DNA of 64,000 nucleotides. It comes from Candidatus Latescibacterota bacterium (GTDB lineage Bacteria; Latescibacterota; UBA2968; UBA8231). Location of the stretch: assembly GCA_965208105.1 (NCBI GenBank), contig OZ242318.1:2592001-2656000 (forward strand). The letters are read 5' to 3'. Within the stretch, counting starts at the first letter, position 1; the number at the start of each line of letters is the position of its first letter. The notes below the pieces were generated by a model. It saw nothing but the letters and a program-made list of their open reading frames with translations, was not told the origin of the DNA and ran no database searches. Position numbers and translations under genes: made by a program. Positions 11,180 to 22,454 of this stretch are shown here, piece after piece.

Positions 11180-13794
11180 GCTCGGGGATGAATCTGGCAG
11201 GTGAACTTGCGCGCCGCCGTGCCCACAGTAAAGACGAGCCGCTCAGGGCCGTCCTCGGCGATTTCTGGGCGCGGCAGATCGGCAGGCTGCGCCAGGAGCA
11301 CGCCGATGGAGCCGGGGGAACGGAAACCGCCCGCGCCATCGCCGCGGCGGTGGACGCGGTGGTCCTGGAGGCCTACGCCGACGCACTGCAGCAGGGCCGT
11401 GAGGAGGGACATTCACTTGTGGCGCTGGGCGGATACGGGCGCCAGAAGATGTCCCCCCATTCCGACATCGATCTCCTCTTTCTCTTCGCCCGGGAAAAGC
11501 AAAAGGATCCCGCCTTCATATCCGGTGTGTTGCACCCGCTCTGGGACGTGGGCTTCGACCTGGGGCACAGCAGCCGCACCGTGGCCGAGGCGGTCCGGCT
11601 TCTGCGTGACGACCTGGAATCCTGCACCGCGATGATGGACGGCCGCTTCCTGGCCGGCGACCGGGGCCTGTTCGAAGAGTTCCAGGAACGCCTCTACAAG
11701 CGCATGCCCAGGAGCATGGTGGCGACGCTGCAGAAGATGTGCCGGACTCGCTCGAGGAGAAATGGCACGGTGCAGTTGCTCGAACCCAACGTCAAGGAGA
11801 GCCCGGGCGGGCTGCGCGACATCCACGCCCTGGAATGGGCCCTGAAAGCCCACTCGCGGCAGCCCGGGGTTGATTCCCTGTGGTCACGCCACCTGGACGA
11901 GCAGGACGTCAAGACCCTGGAACGGGGGCGCGGGTTTCTGTGGTGGGTGCGTCACGAGCTTCACTTCAATGTCGGCCGCCGGCGCGACGTTCTCGGACAC
12001 GAGCTCAAACCCGAGATCGCCCACGGCCTGGGTTACGAAGACCGCGGCCAGGAGCTTGCTGCCGAGGGCTTCATGCGCGACTACTACCTCCACGCCCGCG
12101 CGGTCCACCACCTTGTCGAACTGGCCTTCGAACGGCTGACCAGCAGGCGGCGGGTCAGCCACCGCAGCGTTCTGCTGGAGCCTGGTGCGATGGCGGTAGA
12201 CGGCGAAATCGTGCTGCCCCGGGGCAAGCGTTATTTCGCCGACAAACCCTTGCGGCTGCTTTCCATCTTTCACCTGGCACAGGTCAAGAAACTGCGCCTC
12301 AGCGAGGAGGTCCAGCGCACCATCGGCGCCTCCCTGCACCTGGTCGACGACGAGCTGCGCCGGTCGGCCGAGGCGCGCGACATCTTCATGCGCATCCTCA
12401 GGCGCAAATTCCGCACGGCCGCTACCCTGCGCCGCATGCACGACCTCGGCGTCCTGGGCGCCTATCTTCCCGAATTCGGCTCCCTGACCTGCCTGGTCCA
12501 GTACGACATCTACCACCTGTACACCGCCGACGAACACACCCTGGTGGCGTTGGATAACCTCGAGGCCCTGGCCCACGCGGACAAGCCGAGCAACCTGAAG
12601 CAGGTCTTCTCCGATCTGGAACGCCGGGACCTGCTCTTTCTCTCGCTGCTCCTGCACGACATCGGCAAGTCCAGGCGCCAGGACCACATCGTCTGCGGCA
12701 TCGAGATGGCCACCCAACTGCTGGAGCGCCTGAATCTTCCCGACGAGGACCGCCGCTTCGTGCTCTTCATGGTCGAGCACCACCAGGACATGGTGGTCAT
12801 CGCCCAGCGCCGCGACCTGGACGACTACAAAATGATCGCCGAGTTCGCCAGGCTCTTCGCCAGCATGGAATGGCTCAAGGCGCTCTACCTGCTTTCCTAT
12901 GCCGACCTCTCGGCAGTGGTCAGCGACGCCTGGACGGACTGGCAGGGGGCACTGCTCTGGGAGCTCTACTACAAGACCTCGGAGCAGTTTCAATCGGGCA
13001 TGAAGACCTTCGAGGACAAGCAGCACGCCCGCCAGCTGCTGGACCAGTACCTGAAGAGACTCAGGGGCGTCTGGCCCGCCCTCAAGATCGCCGCCTTCCA
13101 GGAGCACGTTGAGCAACTGCCGCCGCACTATCTGCTGGCCTACGAGCAGGACCAGGTCGAGCTCCACCAGTCCCTGCTCGAGCGCTTGGGCGACAAGAAC
13201 GTGGAGGTCGAGTTCATCGAGCATCCCGGCCACACCGAGATCCTGGTCTGCAGCCGGGACCAGAGACAGTTGCTGGCCAAGATCTGCGGGTCCCTGGCCG
13301 TCAACGACATCAACATTCTGCGCGCCGACGTACACACCCGGGACGACGACATGGTGCTGGACATCTTCCAGGTCACCGACGTGGACGGAAGCCCGGTGCT
13401 GCCCGACTGGAAGAAGGCGCGGGTGCGGGAGCGCCTCGAGGAGGTGGTCACCCTGCGCCTGAAAGCGCGCGAGCTCCTCGAGCGCTACAGCGTGCAATGG
13501 GACCGGCGCAAGCACAAGACGCAGAAGCGGACGCCGGAGGTGGGCATCGAGAACCAGGTTTCGGACCGCTATACGGTGATCGACGTCAGCATGCCAGACG
13601 AGGTCGGACTCCTCTACAAAATCACCCACGCCCTGGCGGAACTGGACCTCGACATCCACATGGCCATCATCAACACCGTGGCCAGGCGCGCCGCCGACTC
13701 CTTCTACGTGGTGGACGACCAGGGCCGCAAGATCGTCAACTACGAGGTCCTCGAGGACGTCCGCCAGAGCCTGATCGAAAAGCTGGGCGCCTGA
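11176..13794 (+). CDS. glnD: [Protein-PII] uridylyltransferase / uridylyl-removing enzyme
   Basis: ALGGYGR..SPHSDIDL nucleotidyltransferase motif, LEPNVKESPGGLRD, HLYTADEHT..LHDIGK HD domain, two C-terminal ACT domains; ATGA overlap with lon. Confidence 0.95.
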
Positions 13795-13813
13795 ACCCCG
13801 GTTGACCCCGCCT

Positions 13814-14986
13814 ATGTTCACCGCCACCAGGGACAAAATACTGCCCACCGCGATCGTGGGTTCCTATCCCCGGCCCCAATGGTACGGGGAGAATCTGCGC
13901 GGCCGTCCCTTCAAGGTGGCGCTTGCCGACGCGGTTTTCCGCGAGCAGTACATCGATGCCGTCGGCGCCATCCTCAGGGACCAGGAGCGCGCCGGCTTGG
14001 ATATTCTGACCGACGGCGACGCCCGCTTCGACACGGACGTCGGCGGGCGGTCTTGGTTCTTCTATCCCCTGGAGCGGATGGAGGGGATCGAGGGGCATCG
14101 CGACTCGTCGCCCGGGTGGTCGCGGCGCCTCGACCTGCGCCCCGGACAGATTCTGTGGGAGGTGCAGGAAGCCTACCAGGCTCCGGCGGCGGTGGACAAG
14201 CTGGGACGCGGGCCCCTGGAGTACGCCGCGGTGTGGCAGACCGCCCAGCGCCTGAGCGGGCGCCCGGTAAAGTTCGGCTCGGTCAGCGCCCAGACCCTTT
14301 CGAGCATGCTGTGGAACGAGGCCTACGGCGACGAGCGCGAGATGATCGAGGACCTGGCGGCCATCGTCAATGCGGAACTGCGCGAGGTGGCGGCGGCGGG
14401 ATGCCAGGTGATTCAGGTGGAGGAACCGCAGCACCACCTTCGCGCCCTGGACCCGGCCGCCAGGGGGGAGGATCTGGCCTTTCTGACCCGGGCATTCAAC
14501 CGCGAGGTGGAAGGAGTGGAGGCGGAGATCTGGGCCCACACCTGCTGGGGCAATCCCAATCAGCAGGCCCTGTTCTGGGAGCGGCCCAGCTACGAGAAAG
14601 CCCTGCCCCACCTGTCCGAGCTCGACGCCGACGTGATCACCTTCGAGTGCGCCAGCACCGGGGGTAAGGACCTGCACCTCTTCGAACAACTTCCCCCCGA
14701 CAAGAAGATCGCCATCGGCGCCGTGAGCCACACGAACACGGTGGTGGAGCCGGCGGAGGTCGTGGCGGACCTGATCCGCAAGGCCCTGCGCCACGTCGCC
14801 CCCGAGCGCCTGATCGTCACCACGGACTGCGGCTTCGGCCGCGAGGGACTGTCGCGGCGCATCGCCTTTTACAAGTGCGTCGCCCTGGTGGAAGGCACCA
14901 ACATGGTCCGCAGAGAACTGGGGTTGCCCGCCGCCGAAGTCCGGGCCTCGGATGCGGAGCTTGCCTTCGTCCGGGGCGACCGGTAG
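13814..14986 (+). CDS. Cobalamin-independent methionine synthase II family protein (single-barrel MetE-like)
   Basis: VGSYPRP, GLDILTDG, Zn ligands in HTCWGN, E and TTDCGF. Confidence 0.85.
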   Translation: MFTATRDKILPTAIVGSYPRPQWYGENLRGRPFKVALADAVFREQYIDAVGAILRDQERAGLDILTDGDARFDTDVGGRSWFFYPLERMEGIEGHRDSSPGWSRRLDLRPGQILWEVQEAYQAPAAVDKLGRGPLEYAAVWQTAQRLSGRPVKFGSVSAQTLSSMLWNEAYGDEREMIEDLAAIVNAELREVAAAGCQVIQVEEPQHHLRALDPAARGEDLAFLTRAFNREVEGVEAEIWAHTCWGNPNQQALFWERPSYEKALPHLSELDADVITFECASTGGKDLHLFEQLPPDKKIAIGAVSHTNTVVEPAEVVADLIRKALRHVAPERLIVTTDCGFGREGLSRRIAFYKCVALVEGTNMVRRELGLPAAEVRASDAELAFVRGDR

Positions 14987-15002
14987 AAACCGCGGTCCTC
15001 CA

Positions 15003-16235
15003 GTGGACGCCACCTACCTGAACACACTGCGCCGCTTCCCCGCCAATGTCCGCTTCTATCTGATCAGCGCCGCCCTGTGCGGGTTCACCGTTTCCAGCAG
15101 CGGCATCTTCGGGGTCCTCCCCAACATCTATCTGCTGCGCCTGGGCTACGGTCCTGAATTCATCGGCATCGTCGGCGCCGCCGGAGCCATGGGATTCGCC
15201 GCCTGCAGCCTGCCCGCGGTGGCCCTGGGAAGACGGTGGGGCAGCCGGCGGGCGATGCTCTCCGGCCTCGTCCTGATGATCACCTTCAGCGCCCTGTTCT
15301 GCAGCGTCCAATGGGTGCCGACGGCCATCCACGACGAGTGGCTGGTTGGAACCCGCCTGCTCAGATCCCTCGGTTTCGCTCTCTACATGATCAACGCCAC
15401 TCCCTTTCTGATGGCCTCCGCCGGTCCGGCCGACCGCACCTTCGTTTTCTCCCTGCAGGCCTCACTGGTGCCCCTGACCGGATTCGCGGGAAGTTTGAGC
15501 GGAGGCTTCATACCCGGGATATTTTCGGACTTCCTTCAAATTCCCCTGGACAGTCCCGCACCCTTCAGCTATACCCTTCTGCTTGCCAGCGCCCTGCTCG
15601 CTCCCGCCCTGCCGGCCCTGCTGGCCACCCGCGAGGTGGAGGTGGAGCCGAAGCAGGAGACCAAATCCGAAGCGGAACCCGCGCCCTATGCGCGGATCGC
15701 CGCCGTAATGCTGATCGCCTTCCTCCAGGTGGCGGGAGCTTCGGTGGTGGTGACCTTCTTCAACGTCTACATGGACGCCGAGTTGAACGAGTCCACCGGC
15801 CTCATCGGAACCCTGATCGGGACGGCGCAGCTGGTGGGTGGAGTAGCTGCCCTCTCCACTCCCTTCCTGGCGGCGCGCTGGGGCCACAAGCGCGTCATCA
15901 TGCGGACGTCCCTGGGCATCTCCCTGAGTCTGGTGCTCCTGGCCCTGGTTCCGCACTGGAGCGCCGCCGGATTGGCTTACGTAAGCATCGTCTCCCTCAC
16001 CATGATCCGCTTCGCCGCCTTCTCGGTCTTCCACCAGGAGCTGGTGGCGGCGCCATGGCGCCGGACCATGGCCGGGGTTTACGCCATGGCGGGAGGATTG
16101 GGCTACGCCGCCAGCTCGCTGGGTGGCGGATTCATCATCACCTCTATGGGGTACGAGAAATTCTTCCTGTCGGGATTGGGACTGGCCCTGGCGGGCGCCC
16201 TGCTCTTCCGCATCTACTTTCGCAGGCCGCGGTGA
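15003..16235 (+). CDS. MFS transporter
   Basis: About 12 hydrophobic segments; motif-A-like LGRRWGSRR and LAARWGHKR in the two halves. Confidence 0.85.
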   Translation: MDATYLNTLRRFPANVRFYLISAALCGFTVSSSGIFGVLPNIYLLRLGYGPEFIGIVGAAGAMGFAACSLPAVALGRRWGSRRAMLSGLVLMITFSALFCSVQWVPTAIHDEWLVGTRLLRSLGFALYMINATPFLMASAGPADRTFVFSLQASLVPLTGFAGSLSGGFIPGIFSDFLQIPLDSPAPFSYTLLLASALLAPALPALLATREVEVEPKQETKSEAEPAPYARIAAVMLIAFLQVAGASVVVTFFNVYMDAELNESTGLIGTLIGTAQLVGGVAALSTPFLAARWGHKRVIMRTSLGISLSLVLLALVPHWSAAGLAYVSIVSLTMIRFAAFSVFHQELVAAPWRRTMAGVYAMAGGLGYAASSLGGGFIITSMGYEKFFLSGLGLALAGALLFRIYFRRPR

Positions 16236-18659
16236 TTACTGCGGCTGGGGAAGCGCCGGGGAAAGCTGGTAAGCAGCGCCTGCCGCAGTCTCGAAGGAAA
16301 CAATTCCATCTGAACCATTCCTAATCTCGACCTCCGCACCGTCCTCGCCTACAACCCTCACACCTTCGGGCCAGGGGGAAGCGACGCGGCATCCGCCGCC
16401 GCACTCGCTGAGAATGACAGCGGACTCCACCTGGCCGCGGCGCCACGAGGCGCTGACCAGGAACGCCCCTTCGGCGCGCAAGGTCCTGAAGCTGCAGGCC
16501 AGATCCCGGGGCCAGGAGGGGAACAGGCGGATGGCCCCGTCCCAGCTCTGCAGCATCATCTCCTGCAGGGGTCCCAGAATCCCGGTGCTCTCCAGGTAGG
16601 CCCCCATGAAGCCGCTGTTGCCGGCGGCCATGGACTGCAGCACCCCGTTGGGCATCCTCCAGCGCCGCAGGCTCGCGCGCACCGCGTCGAGGTCGCGCTC
16701 GGGGTCGTAGACCCGGTTGCGCAGGTGGATCATCAGGCACCAGGGAAACTGGCCGAAGTATTCGAGCCACAGGGCGTTGGAGCGGGACGGGTCGAGAAAG
16801 GCGGGCACCGTTCCCGGGCGCGGAATGCTGCCGCTGTCCCACGAGGTGAACTCGGGGGGATTGAGTCTGTAGCGCCGCTTTTCCTCGGCGCTGAAACCCA
16901 ACTCGTCGAGGTCGTCGACGGCCACGAGGTGGTCGAGGCGCTCCAACCACTGGCTCCGCAGGTCCTCGTCCAGACCCAGGAGCTCGGCGGCCTCGGCGGC
17001 GCACTGGAGGCAGTAGCGCGCGTGGCGCACCACCTGGGGCTGGTCGGTGTAGTCCTCGGGCCGGCCGGTGAAGGCGTACTCGCCCTGGCCGGAGGGGAAG
17101 GCGTGGTAGAAGCCGTCGTCCCCTTTCTCGAGAAAATCCAGGTAGAACAGGGCGCAGTCGCGCATCACCGGATAACCCTCGGTGCGCAGCCAGCCGAGGT
17201 CCCGGGTGTAGAGATAGCGCCACCAGTAGTGGTTGGCTATCCACCCGGTCATGTAGGCCAGGCGGCAGAGGCCTCCGCTGCCGTACGGGTCCCCCTCGGT
17301 CTCGAAGGGATAGCCCACCAGGTGAATGTAGGTGCCGCGGCAGTTCCAGTAGTCGCGGGCGAGTTTGCGCCCGAGCTCAACCATGTACTTCATCCCCGGA
17401 AAGAAGGCGCCGGCCAGGTCGGGGTGGTTGGCGGCGTAGTCGCCCCAGAAGGGGGACTGGTAGTTGTAGTTGGTGTGGTAGTCGCCGTGCCACAGGGAAT
17501 AGTCCCGCACCGTGCTGGGCAGCGCCAGGCCCGGGGCGATCACATCGGGGCGGTTGGTGCAGCGGCGCACGTGCAGGGTCTCGTACCAGGTATTCTCCAG
17601 CAGTGCATCGTCGATGGCCACCGAAGAGCGATTCCAGAAGGCGGCCGCCGCGGCCTCGCTGTCCCGCTCCCACTGCCGCATGACCGCGGCGGGGTCCCCT
17701 TCCAGGAGCCGGGAGACCCTGCCCAGCTCCGCTTCCATGCCGCCGGGGTCGGTGCTGGCGGGGACCGCCACCGCCAGCCAGCCGTCCTCCACGTCCTCGT
17801 CCGAGTAGAGGTGAAGGCAGGCCTCGTTCCTTGCGGGGACGTCCACCGGTTCGCCCTGCAGGCCGGTCGCGAAAGGGGCGAGGGCGTAGCGAAAACCTTC
17901 GGCAAAGCGCAGGTCCGGATAGAAGGTCTGCTCGACCACCGCCCGTCCCTCGATCCGGCGCACGGCCGGCGGCGGCAACGAGGTGGCTTCTCCCGCCTCG
18001 AGGACGCCCTCGAAATAGCGCATGTGGGAGCGGGCGAAGAGCTCGGCGGCGAAATCCTCGATCCCGGGATCGGCCCAGCGGTAGAGCGAGAACCACACCG
18101 GAGGGCGGCGCCCGGTGGCGCTGCGGTCGGTCCAGTTCTCCACCTCCCAGTGAAGCGCCAGGACGTTGGGGGACGGGGGGACGAAACACCCGCAGCGGAC
18201 CCTGACCCCTTCCTCCCAGGTGATTTCCACCTCCACCCGGCCTTCTTCGATGTGGAGACGCTGGCGGACCCGCTGGCCGCGCTGGTCCACCGGCAGGTGC
18301 ATGGCCAGCTCGCCCACCGGCTTGGGGCAGGGATATGGACGCCGGGCGTAGGCCGGCCAGCCGTCGCACAGCTCCTTCATCCGGCGCGGGTCGGCGCTGC
18401 CCCTGGTGGCCTCGCCGCGGCCCTCGACGTACGAGTGGCTTACCCAGCCCTCGTCGCGGATGCCGCGGGCGATTTCGTCGATGTGAGCCGCGGGGGGGCA
18501 GGCGTCGAGATCGAGGCGGCGGTCCCAGACGTCGTTCTTGCCGAAGCGCCACACGAGCCGTCCCGGCTTCTGGTAGATGCTCACCGACAGGTCCCCGTTG
18601 CCGAGGAGAAGCCCTTCATCCGGCTCGAGAACCGGATGATCCAGTTCGATAGTGTGCAT
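16236..18659 (-). CDS. Glycoside hydrolase family 95-like protein ((alpha/alpha)6 barrel)
   Basis: LLLGNGDL, KNDVWDRR, WHGDYHTNYNYQ, YPVMRDCA.FY, LQEMMLQSW.G.IRLFPSWP, FRTLRAEGAFLVSA. Confidence 0.75.
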   Translation of the reverse strand: MHTIELDHPVLEPDEGLLLGNGDLSVSIYQKPGRLVWRFGKNDVWDRRLDLDACPPAAHIDEIARGIRDEGWVSHSYVEGRGEATRGSADPRRMKELCDGWPAYARRPYPCPKPVGELAMHLPVDQRGQRVRQRLHIEEGRVEVEITWEEGVRVRCGCFVPPSPNVLALHWEVENWTDRSATGRRPPVWFSLYRWADPGIEDFAAELFARSHMRYFEGVLEAGEATSLPPPAVRRIEGRAVVEQTFYPDLRFAEGFRYALAPFATGLQGEPVDVPARNEACLHLYSDEDVEDGWLAVAVPASTDPGGMEAELGRVSRLLEGDPAAVMRQWERDSEAAAAAFWNRSSVAIDDALLENTWYETLHVRRCTNRPDVIAPGLALPSTVRDYSLWHGDYHTNYNYQSPFWGDYAANHPDLAGAFFPGMKYMVELGRKLARDYWNCRGTYIHLVGYPFETEGDPYGSGGLCRLAYMTGWIANHYWWRYLYTRDLGWLRTEGYPVMRDCALFYLDFLEKGDDGFYHAFPSGQGEYAFTGRPEDYTDQPQVVRHARYCLQCAAEAAELLGLDEDLRSQWLERLDHLVAVDDLDELGFSAEEKRRYRLNPPEFTSWDSGSIPRPGTVPAFLDPSRSNALWLEYFGQFPWCLMIHLRNRVYDPERDLDAVRASLRRWRMPNGVLQSMAAGNSGFMGAYLESTGILGPLQEMMLQSWDGAIRLFPSWPRDLACSFRTLRAEGAFLVSASWRRGQVESAVILSECGGGCRVASPWPEGVRVVGEDGAEVEIRNGSDGIVSFETAAGAAYQLSPALPQPQ

Positions 18660-18670
18660 GGTATTCCTTC

Positions 18671-19669
18671 CTATCCGTCCAGGTACAGGCCAAGCCCGGA
18701 GGAAACCTCGTCGAGACGCCGGCGCAGCGAATCCTCCAGGGTCCACCCGATGCAGCCGACCACGTCGTCAAGGTGCTCGACCCTGTCGCTGCCGGAAATG
18801 GCCGTGGTGACCTCGGGGTGGGACAGGACCCAGGCAAGGGCGAGCTGCGCCGGTGTCCTGCCCGCCTCGGCGGCGAGATCGTGGAGGGTGGAGACGACCT
18901 CGGAGACCTGCCCCTGCATGGTGGCGGCGAAGCGCTCCTTCCTGTGCCCCACGGCGGACCACAGGGACCCTGGAGGGGCCGGAGCGTCCGCCCTGTAGGC
19001 CCCGCTCAGAAGACCAATGGCCAGGGGGCTGTAGGCCATCACCCCCAGGCCCCGGTCGCGCACCAGGCCGAACATCTCCTCCTCGATGCGGCGATTCAGC
19101 AGGCTGTAGGGATTCTGCACGCAGATGTAGGGCGCGGCATTGGCATCCTCGGCGATCCACAGTGCCTTGCAGACCTGCCAGGCGGCGTAGTTGCAGCAGC
19201 CCGGGTAGCGGACCTTGCCGCTGCGCACCAGGTCGTCCAGGGCCCGGACCGTTTCCTCAAGCGGAGTGGAGGGATCGAAGTCGTGCATCAGGTAGACGTC
19301 GATGTGGTCGGTGTCGAGACGCCTGAGGGAGCGCTCCACCTCGCGCATGAGGTGGAACCGCGAAACCCCCTGGTCGTTGGGGCCGCTGCCGATGGGACCG
19401 GCCGCCTTGGTGGTGATCACCACCTCGTCGCGCCTGCCCTTGAGCGCCCTGCCCAGAATCGTCTCCGAGTGCCCCACCCAGGGTCCGTCCTCGCCCGTGG
19501 GACCGTAGATGTTGGCGCAGTCGATCAGGTTTATCCCCAGGTCCAGGGCGTGCTCTATGACTCGCTGCGCCTCGGCCTCGTCCTTCTGCCCCCTGAAACC
19601 CAGGCCGAAGGCCAGGCGGCTGACCTTCACCCCGGCGCTTCCGAAGTTGACGTACTCCATGGTCTTCAT
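18671..19669 (-). CDS. Aldo/keto reductase
   Basis: DCANIYG, TTK, SLRRLDTDHIDVY.MH, GKVRY.GCCN, YSPLA.GLL. Confidence 0.92.
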   Translation of the reverse strand: MKTMEYVNFGSAGVKVSRLAFGLGFRGQKDEAEAQRVIEHALDLGINLIDCANIYGPTGEDGPWVGHSETILGRALKGRRDEVVITTKAAGPIGSGPNDQGVSRFHLMREVERSLRRLDTDHIDVYLMHDFDPSTPLEETVRALDDLVRSGKVRYPGCCNYAAWQVCKALWIAEDANAAPYICVQNPYSLLNRRIEEEMFGLVRDRGLGVMAYSPLAIGLLSGAYRADAPAPPGSLWSAVGHRKERFAATMQGQVSEVVSTLHDLAAEAGRTPAQLALAWVLSHPEVTTAISGSDRVEHLDDVVGCIGWTLEDSLRRRLDEVSSGLGLYLDG

Positions 19670-19828
19670 TGCCTTCCGCTTCGTGGTGGTCCATCCTGCT
19701 GTTCCAAATTCTATATCTCCACAGGTGAGACTGCAAGCTGCCGGGGCAGTTGAATCCCGCGCCAGGCTGAGTTAACTTTAGATTCTTTTTGACGCCGCGG
19801 CGACTCGGAGCTGGAAAGGAGTACACAA

Positions 19829-20581
19829 ATGGCTTCCAAACCTCGCGTTCTCATTACAGGGGCGGCGGGAAAGGTCGGCACCACTCTCTGGCGGGCGTGG
19901 GAGCGGGAGGACAAATACGACCTCACCCTGGTGGACCTGAATCCGATCGATGGGGCCAGGTCGCGGGTCGAGCAGGGGGACGTGCGCGACCACCATCGCA
20001 TGCGCCGGCTCTGTGCAGGCCAGGACGTGCTCGTGCACCTGGCCTTTCTTCGCTCCGGCGAATTCGGCGACGACCCGGACGAGGTGACCGACATCGAGGT
20101 CTCCATGGGGCTCTTCGAGTCGGCGCGCCGGGAAGGACTGGGCAGGATCGTCTACGCCAGCACGAACCACGTGAGCGGCTGGAACGAAAGACAGTCCCCG
20201 ACGCGCTTTTCCACCCCCGACCAGATCAGGCCCGACGGTTGGTACGGGGCCATGAAGGGCATGGCCGAGGTGGCCGGGCGCTATCTTTCCGACGCCTTCG
20301 GCATGCGCTTCATCGCCTTCCGCATCGGCACCTTCCACGGAACCTCCGAGCCCTCCAAGATGCGCCTTTGCAGCACCCTGCTGACGCCGCGCGACTGCGT
20401 CCAGCTATTCGGCCTGGCGGTGGACTACGAGGGGCCGGTGAAATTCCTCGTGACATACGCTACCTCCGGGAACTGCACCGAGCATCAGGTTGGGTTCCTC
20501 GACATCAGCGCCGCCATGGACGTCCTGGGCTACCGGCCCCAGGACAACGCAATGGCCGAACACCTGCACAAGTTTCTGTAG
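19829..20581 (+). CDS. NAD-dependent epimerase/dehydratase (uronate dehydrogenase-like SDR)
   Basis: TGAAGKVG, YASTNH, RPDGWYGAMK, RIG. Confidence 0.82.
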   Translation: MASKPRVLITGAAGKVGTTLWRAWEREDKYDLTLVDLNPIDGARSRVEQGDVRDHHRMRRLCAGQDVLVHLAFLRSGEFGDDPDEVTDIEVSMGLFESARREGLGRIVYASTNHVSGWNERQSPTRFSTPDQIRPDGWYGAMKGMAEVAGRYLSDAFGMRFIAFRIGTFHGTSEPSKMRLCSTLLTPRDCVQLFGLAVDYEGPVKFLVTYATSGNCTEHQVGFLDISAAMDVLGYRPQDNAMAEHLHKFL

Positions 20582-20621
20582 CATGGAACGGAACATGGGA
20601 CCTTCCTCCGGCAAGAGCGGC

Positions 20622-22292
20622 ATGCCAGCCGATCTGGACATCGCTTCCTCGGCGGCCATGCGGCCCATCGAGGAGATCGCAGCCCGCCTGGGCATCGCCC
20701 GGAGCGACCTGGAACTATACGGGAACTACAAGGCCAAGCTTCCGCTGCACCTCATCGACCGCAACCGCATCGATCACAGCAAGCTGATCCTGGTCTCGGC
20801 CATTTCGCCCACACCGGCCGGCGAAGGCAAGACCACCACCTCCATCGGCCTTGCGCAGGGACTGAACCGCCTCGGCAAACCCGCCACCGTCGTGCTGCGC
20901 GAGCCGTCGCTGGGCCCGGTATTCGGGGTCAAGGGAGGGGCTGCGGGGGGAGGATACTCCCAGGTGCTGCCCATGGAGGATATCAACCTGCACTTCACCG
21001 GTGACTTTCCCGCCATCGAGAAAGCTCACAACCTGCTCGCAGCCCTGATCGACAACAACCTGGGGAGCAGGAAGAACTCGCTGGGGATCGATCCCCGCAC
21101 GGTTCAGTGGAAGCGGGTGCTGGACATGAACGACCGGGCCCTGCGCAACCTGGTCACCGGCCTGGGAGGAAATCCCACCGGGACTCCCCGGGAGACCGGC
21201 TTCGACATCACCGCCGCTTCGGAAATCATGGCCATCCTCTGCCTGTCGGAGGATCTGACCGATCTCAAGGAACGCCTGGGCAACATCTTCGTAGGCTTCA
21301 CCTTCGCCGGCAAGCCGGTGCACGCCCGCGACCTGAAGGCCAACGGCGCCATGTCCGCGCTGCTGAAGGATGCGATCAAGCCCAACCTGGTGCAGACCCT
21401 CGAGGGCACTCCCGCAATCATTCACGGAGGGCCCTTCGCCAACATCGCCCAGGGCACCAACACCGCCATCGCCACCCGCCTGGGCATGTCGCTGTCGGAA
21501 TACGTCGTCACCGAGGCCGGATTCGGGTCCGACCTGGGCGCCGAAAAATTCTTCGACATCAAGTGCGCCAGCGCCGGGCTTGCGCCCGCGGCGGTGGTCC
21601 TGGTGGCCACCGTGCGCGCGCTGCGCTACCACGGCGGGTCCGAGCTCAAGGCCGTTCACGCCCCGGACCCGCGGGCGCTGGAGAAGGGCCTGGTCAACCT
21701 GGAGAAGCACATCGAGAACATGGGTCACTTCGGCATGGACTGCGTGGTCGCCGTCAACAGGTTCGCAAGCGACACTGGCGAGGAGATCGAACTGATCAAG
21801 GAGCGCTGCGCCGGACTGGGGAAGAACGCCGTCGAGTCCGACGCCTGGGCCCGGGGCGGCAAAGGCGCCGAAGCCCTGGCACGGTCGGTGGTTCAAGTCG
21901 TCGACGGCGCCAAATCCAGCTTTCGGCCCCTCTACCGCTGGGATTGGCCGCTCAAGAGGAAGATCGAGACCATTGCAAAGAAGATCTACGGCGCCCGCTC
22001 CGTCGCCTACACCGCCAAGGCCAGGAGGGACCGCCGCACCATCAGAAAGCTGGGGCTGGAAGGCCTGCCGGTGTGCATGGCCAAAACCCAGAGTTCCCTG
22101 TCCGACGATGCCCGGCTGCGGGGCAGGCCCGCGGACTTCGTGGTGACCGTCCGCGAAATCGAGGTGGCCGCCGGCGCCGGCTTCCTGGTCCCCCTAACGG
22201 GGGACATCGTGAGGATGCCCGGCCTGCCCCAGGTGCCGGCCGCGGAGAAAATGGATATCGATGCCGAGGGCAGGATCACCGGGTTGTTCTAG
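20622..22292 (+). CDS. fhs: Formate--tetrahydrofolate ligase
   Basis: PTPAGEGKTT, REPSLGPVFGVKGGAAGGGYSQV, HGGPFANIA, TEAGFG.DLG.EKF, MPGLP. Confidence 0.97.
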   Translation: MPADLDIASSAAMRPIEEIAARLGIARSDLELYGNYKAKLPLHLIDRNRIDHSKLILVSAISPTPAGEGKTTTSIGLAQGLNRLGKPATVVLREPSLGPVFGVKGGAAGGGYSQVLPMEDINLHFTGDFPAIEKAHNLLAALIDNNLGSRKNSLGIDPRTVQWKRVLDMNDRALRNLVTGLGGNPTGTPRETGFDITAASEIMAILCLSEDLTDLKERLGNIFVGFTFAGKPVHARDLKANGAMSALLKDAIKPNLVQTLEGTPAIIHGGPFANIAQGTNTAIATRLGMSLSEYVVTEAGFGSDLGAEKFFDIKCASAGLAPAAVVLVATVRALRYHGGSELKAVHAPDPRALEKGLVNLEKHIENMGHFGMDCVVAVNRFASDTGEEIELIKERCAGLGKNAVESDAWARGGKGAEALARSVVQVVDGAKSSFRPLYRWDWPLKRKIETIAKKIYGARSVAYTAKARRDRRTIRKLGLEGLPVCMAKTQSSLSDDARLRGRPADFVVTVREIEVAAGAGFLVPLTGDIVRMPGLPQVPAAEKMDIDAEGRITGLF

Positions 22293-22454
22293 CAGCCCGT
22301 TGATAAAGTTGCTCTGCAGGCGAGGCCGAGGCATGGCGGTCGAAGGCAAGGCGTGCGACCGAGGCGAATCGAGGGGATTCGGGGAGGGAGCGCAACGCCG
22401 TATTCGAACGCCAGGGCCGGCCGCAGCCCGGATGGACTTTTTCAACGGGCTGCT
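22291..22454. mobile_element. 164-bp MITE-like hairpin element (copy A), flanked by CTAG / CTTG
   Basis: TIRs 22291-22309 and 22436-22454 match 18/19; nested inner stems (GGCGGTCGAA/TTCGAACGCC, CGAATC/GATTCG); left CTAG contains the fhs TAG stop. Confidence 0.75.

Noticed and set aside
11884-13848. 654-aa minus-strand ORF
   Set aside because: Antisense to glnD; typical high-GC shadow ORF with no motifs.
16725-18998. 757-aa plus-strand ORF
   Set aside because: Antisense shadow of the GH95-like gene.
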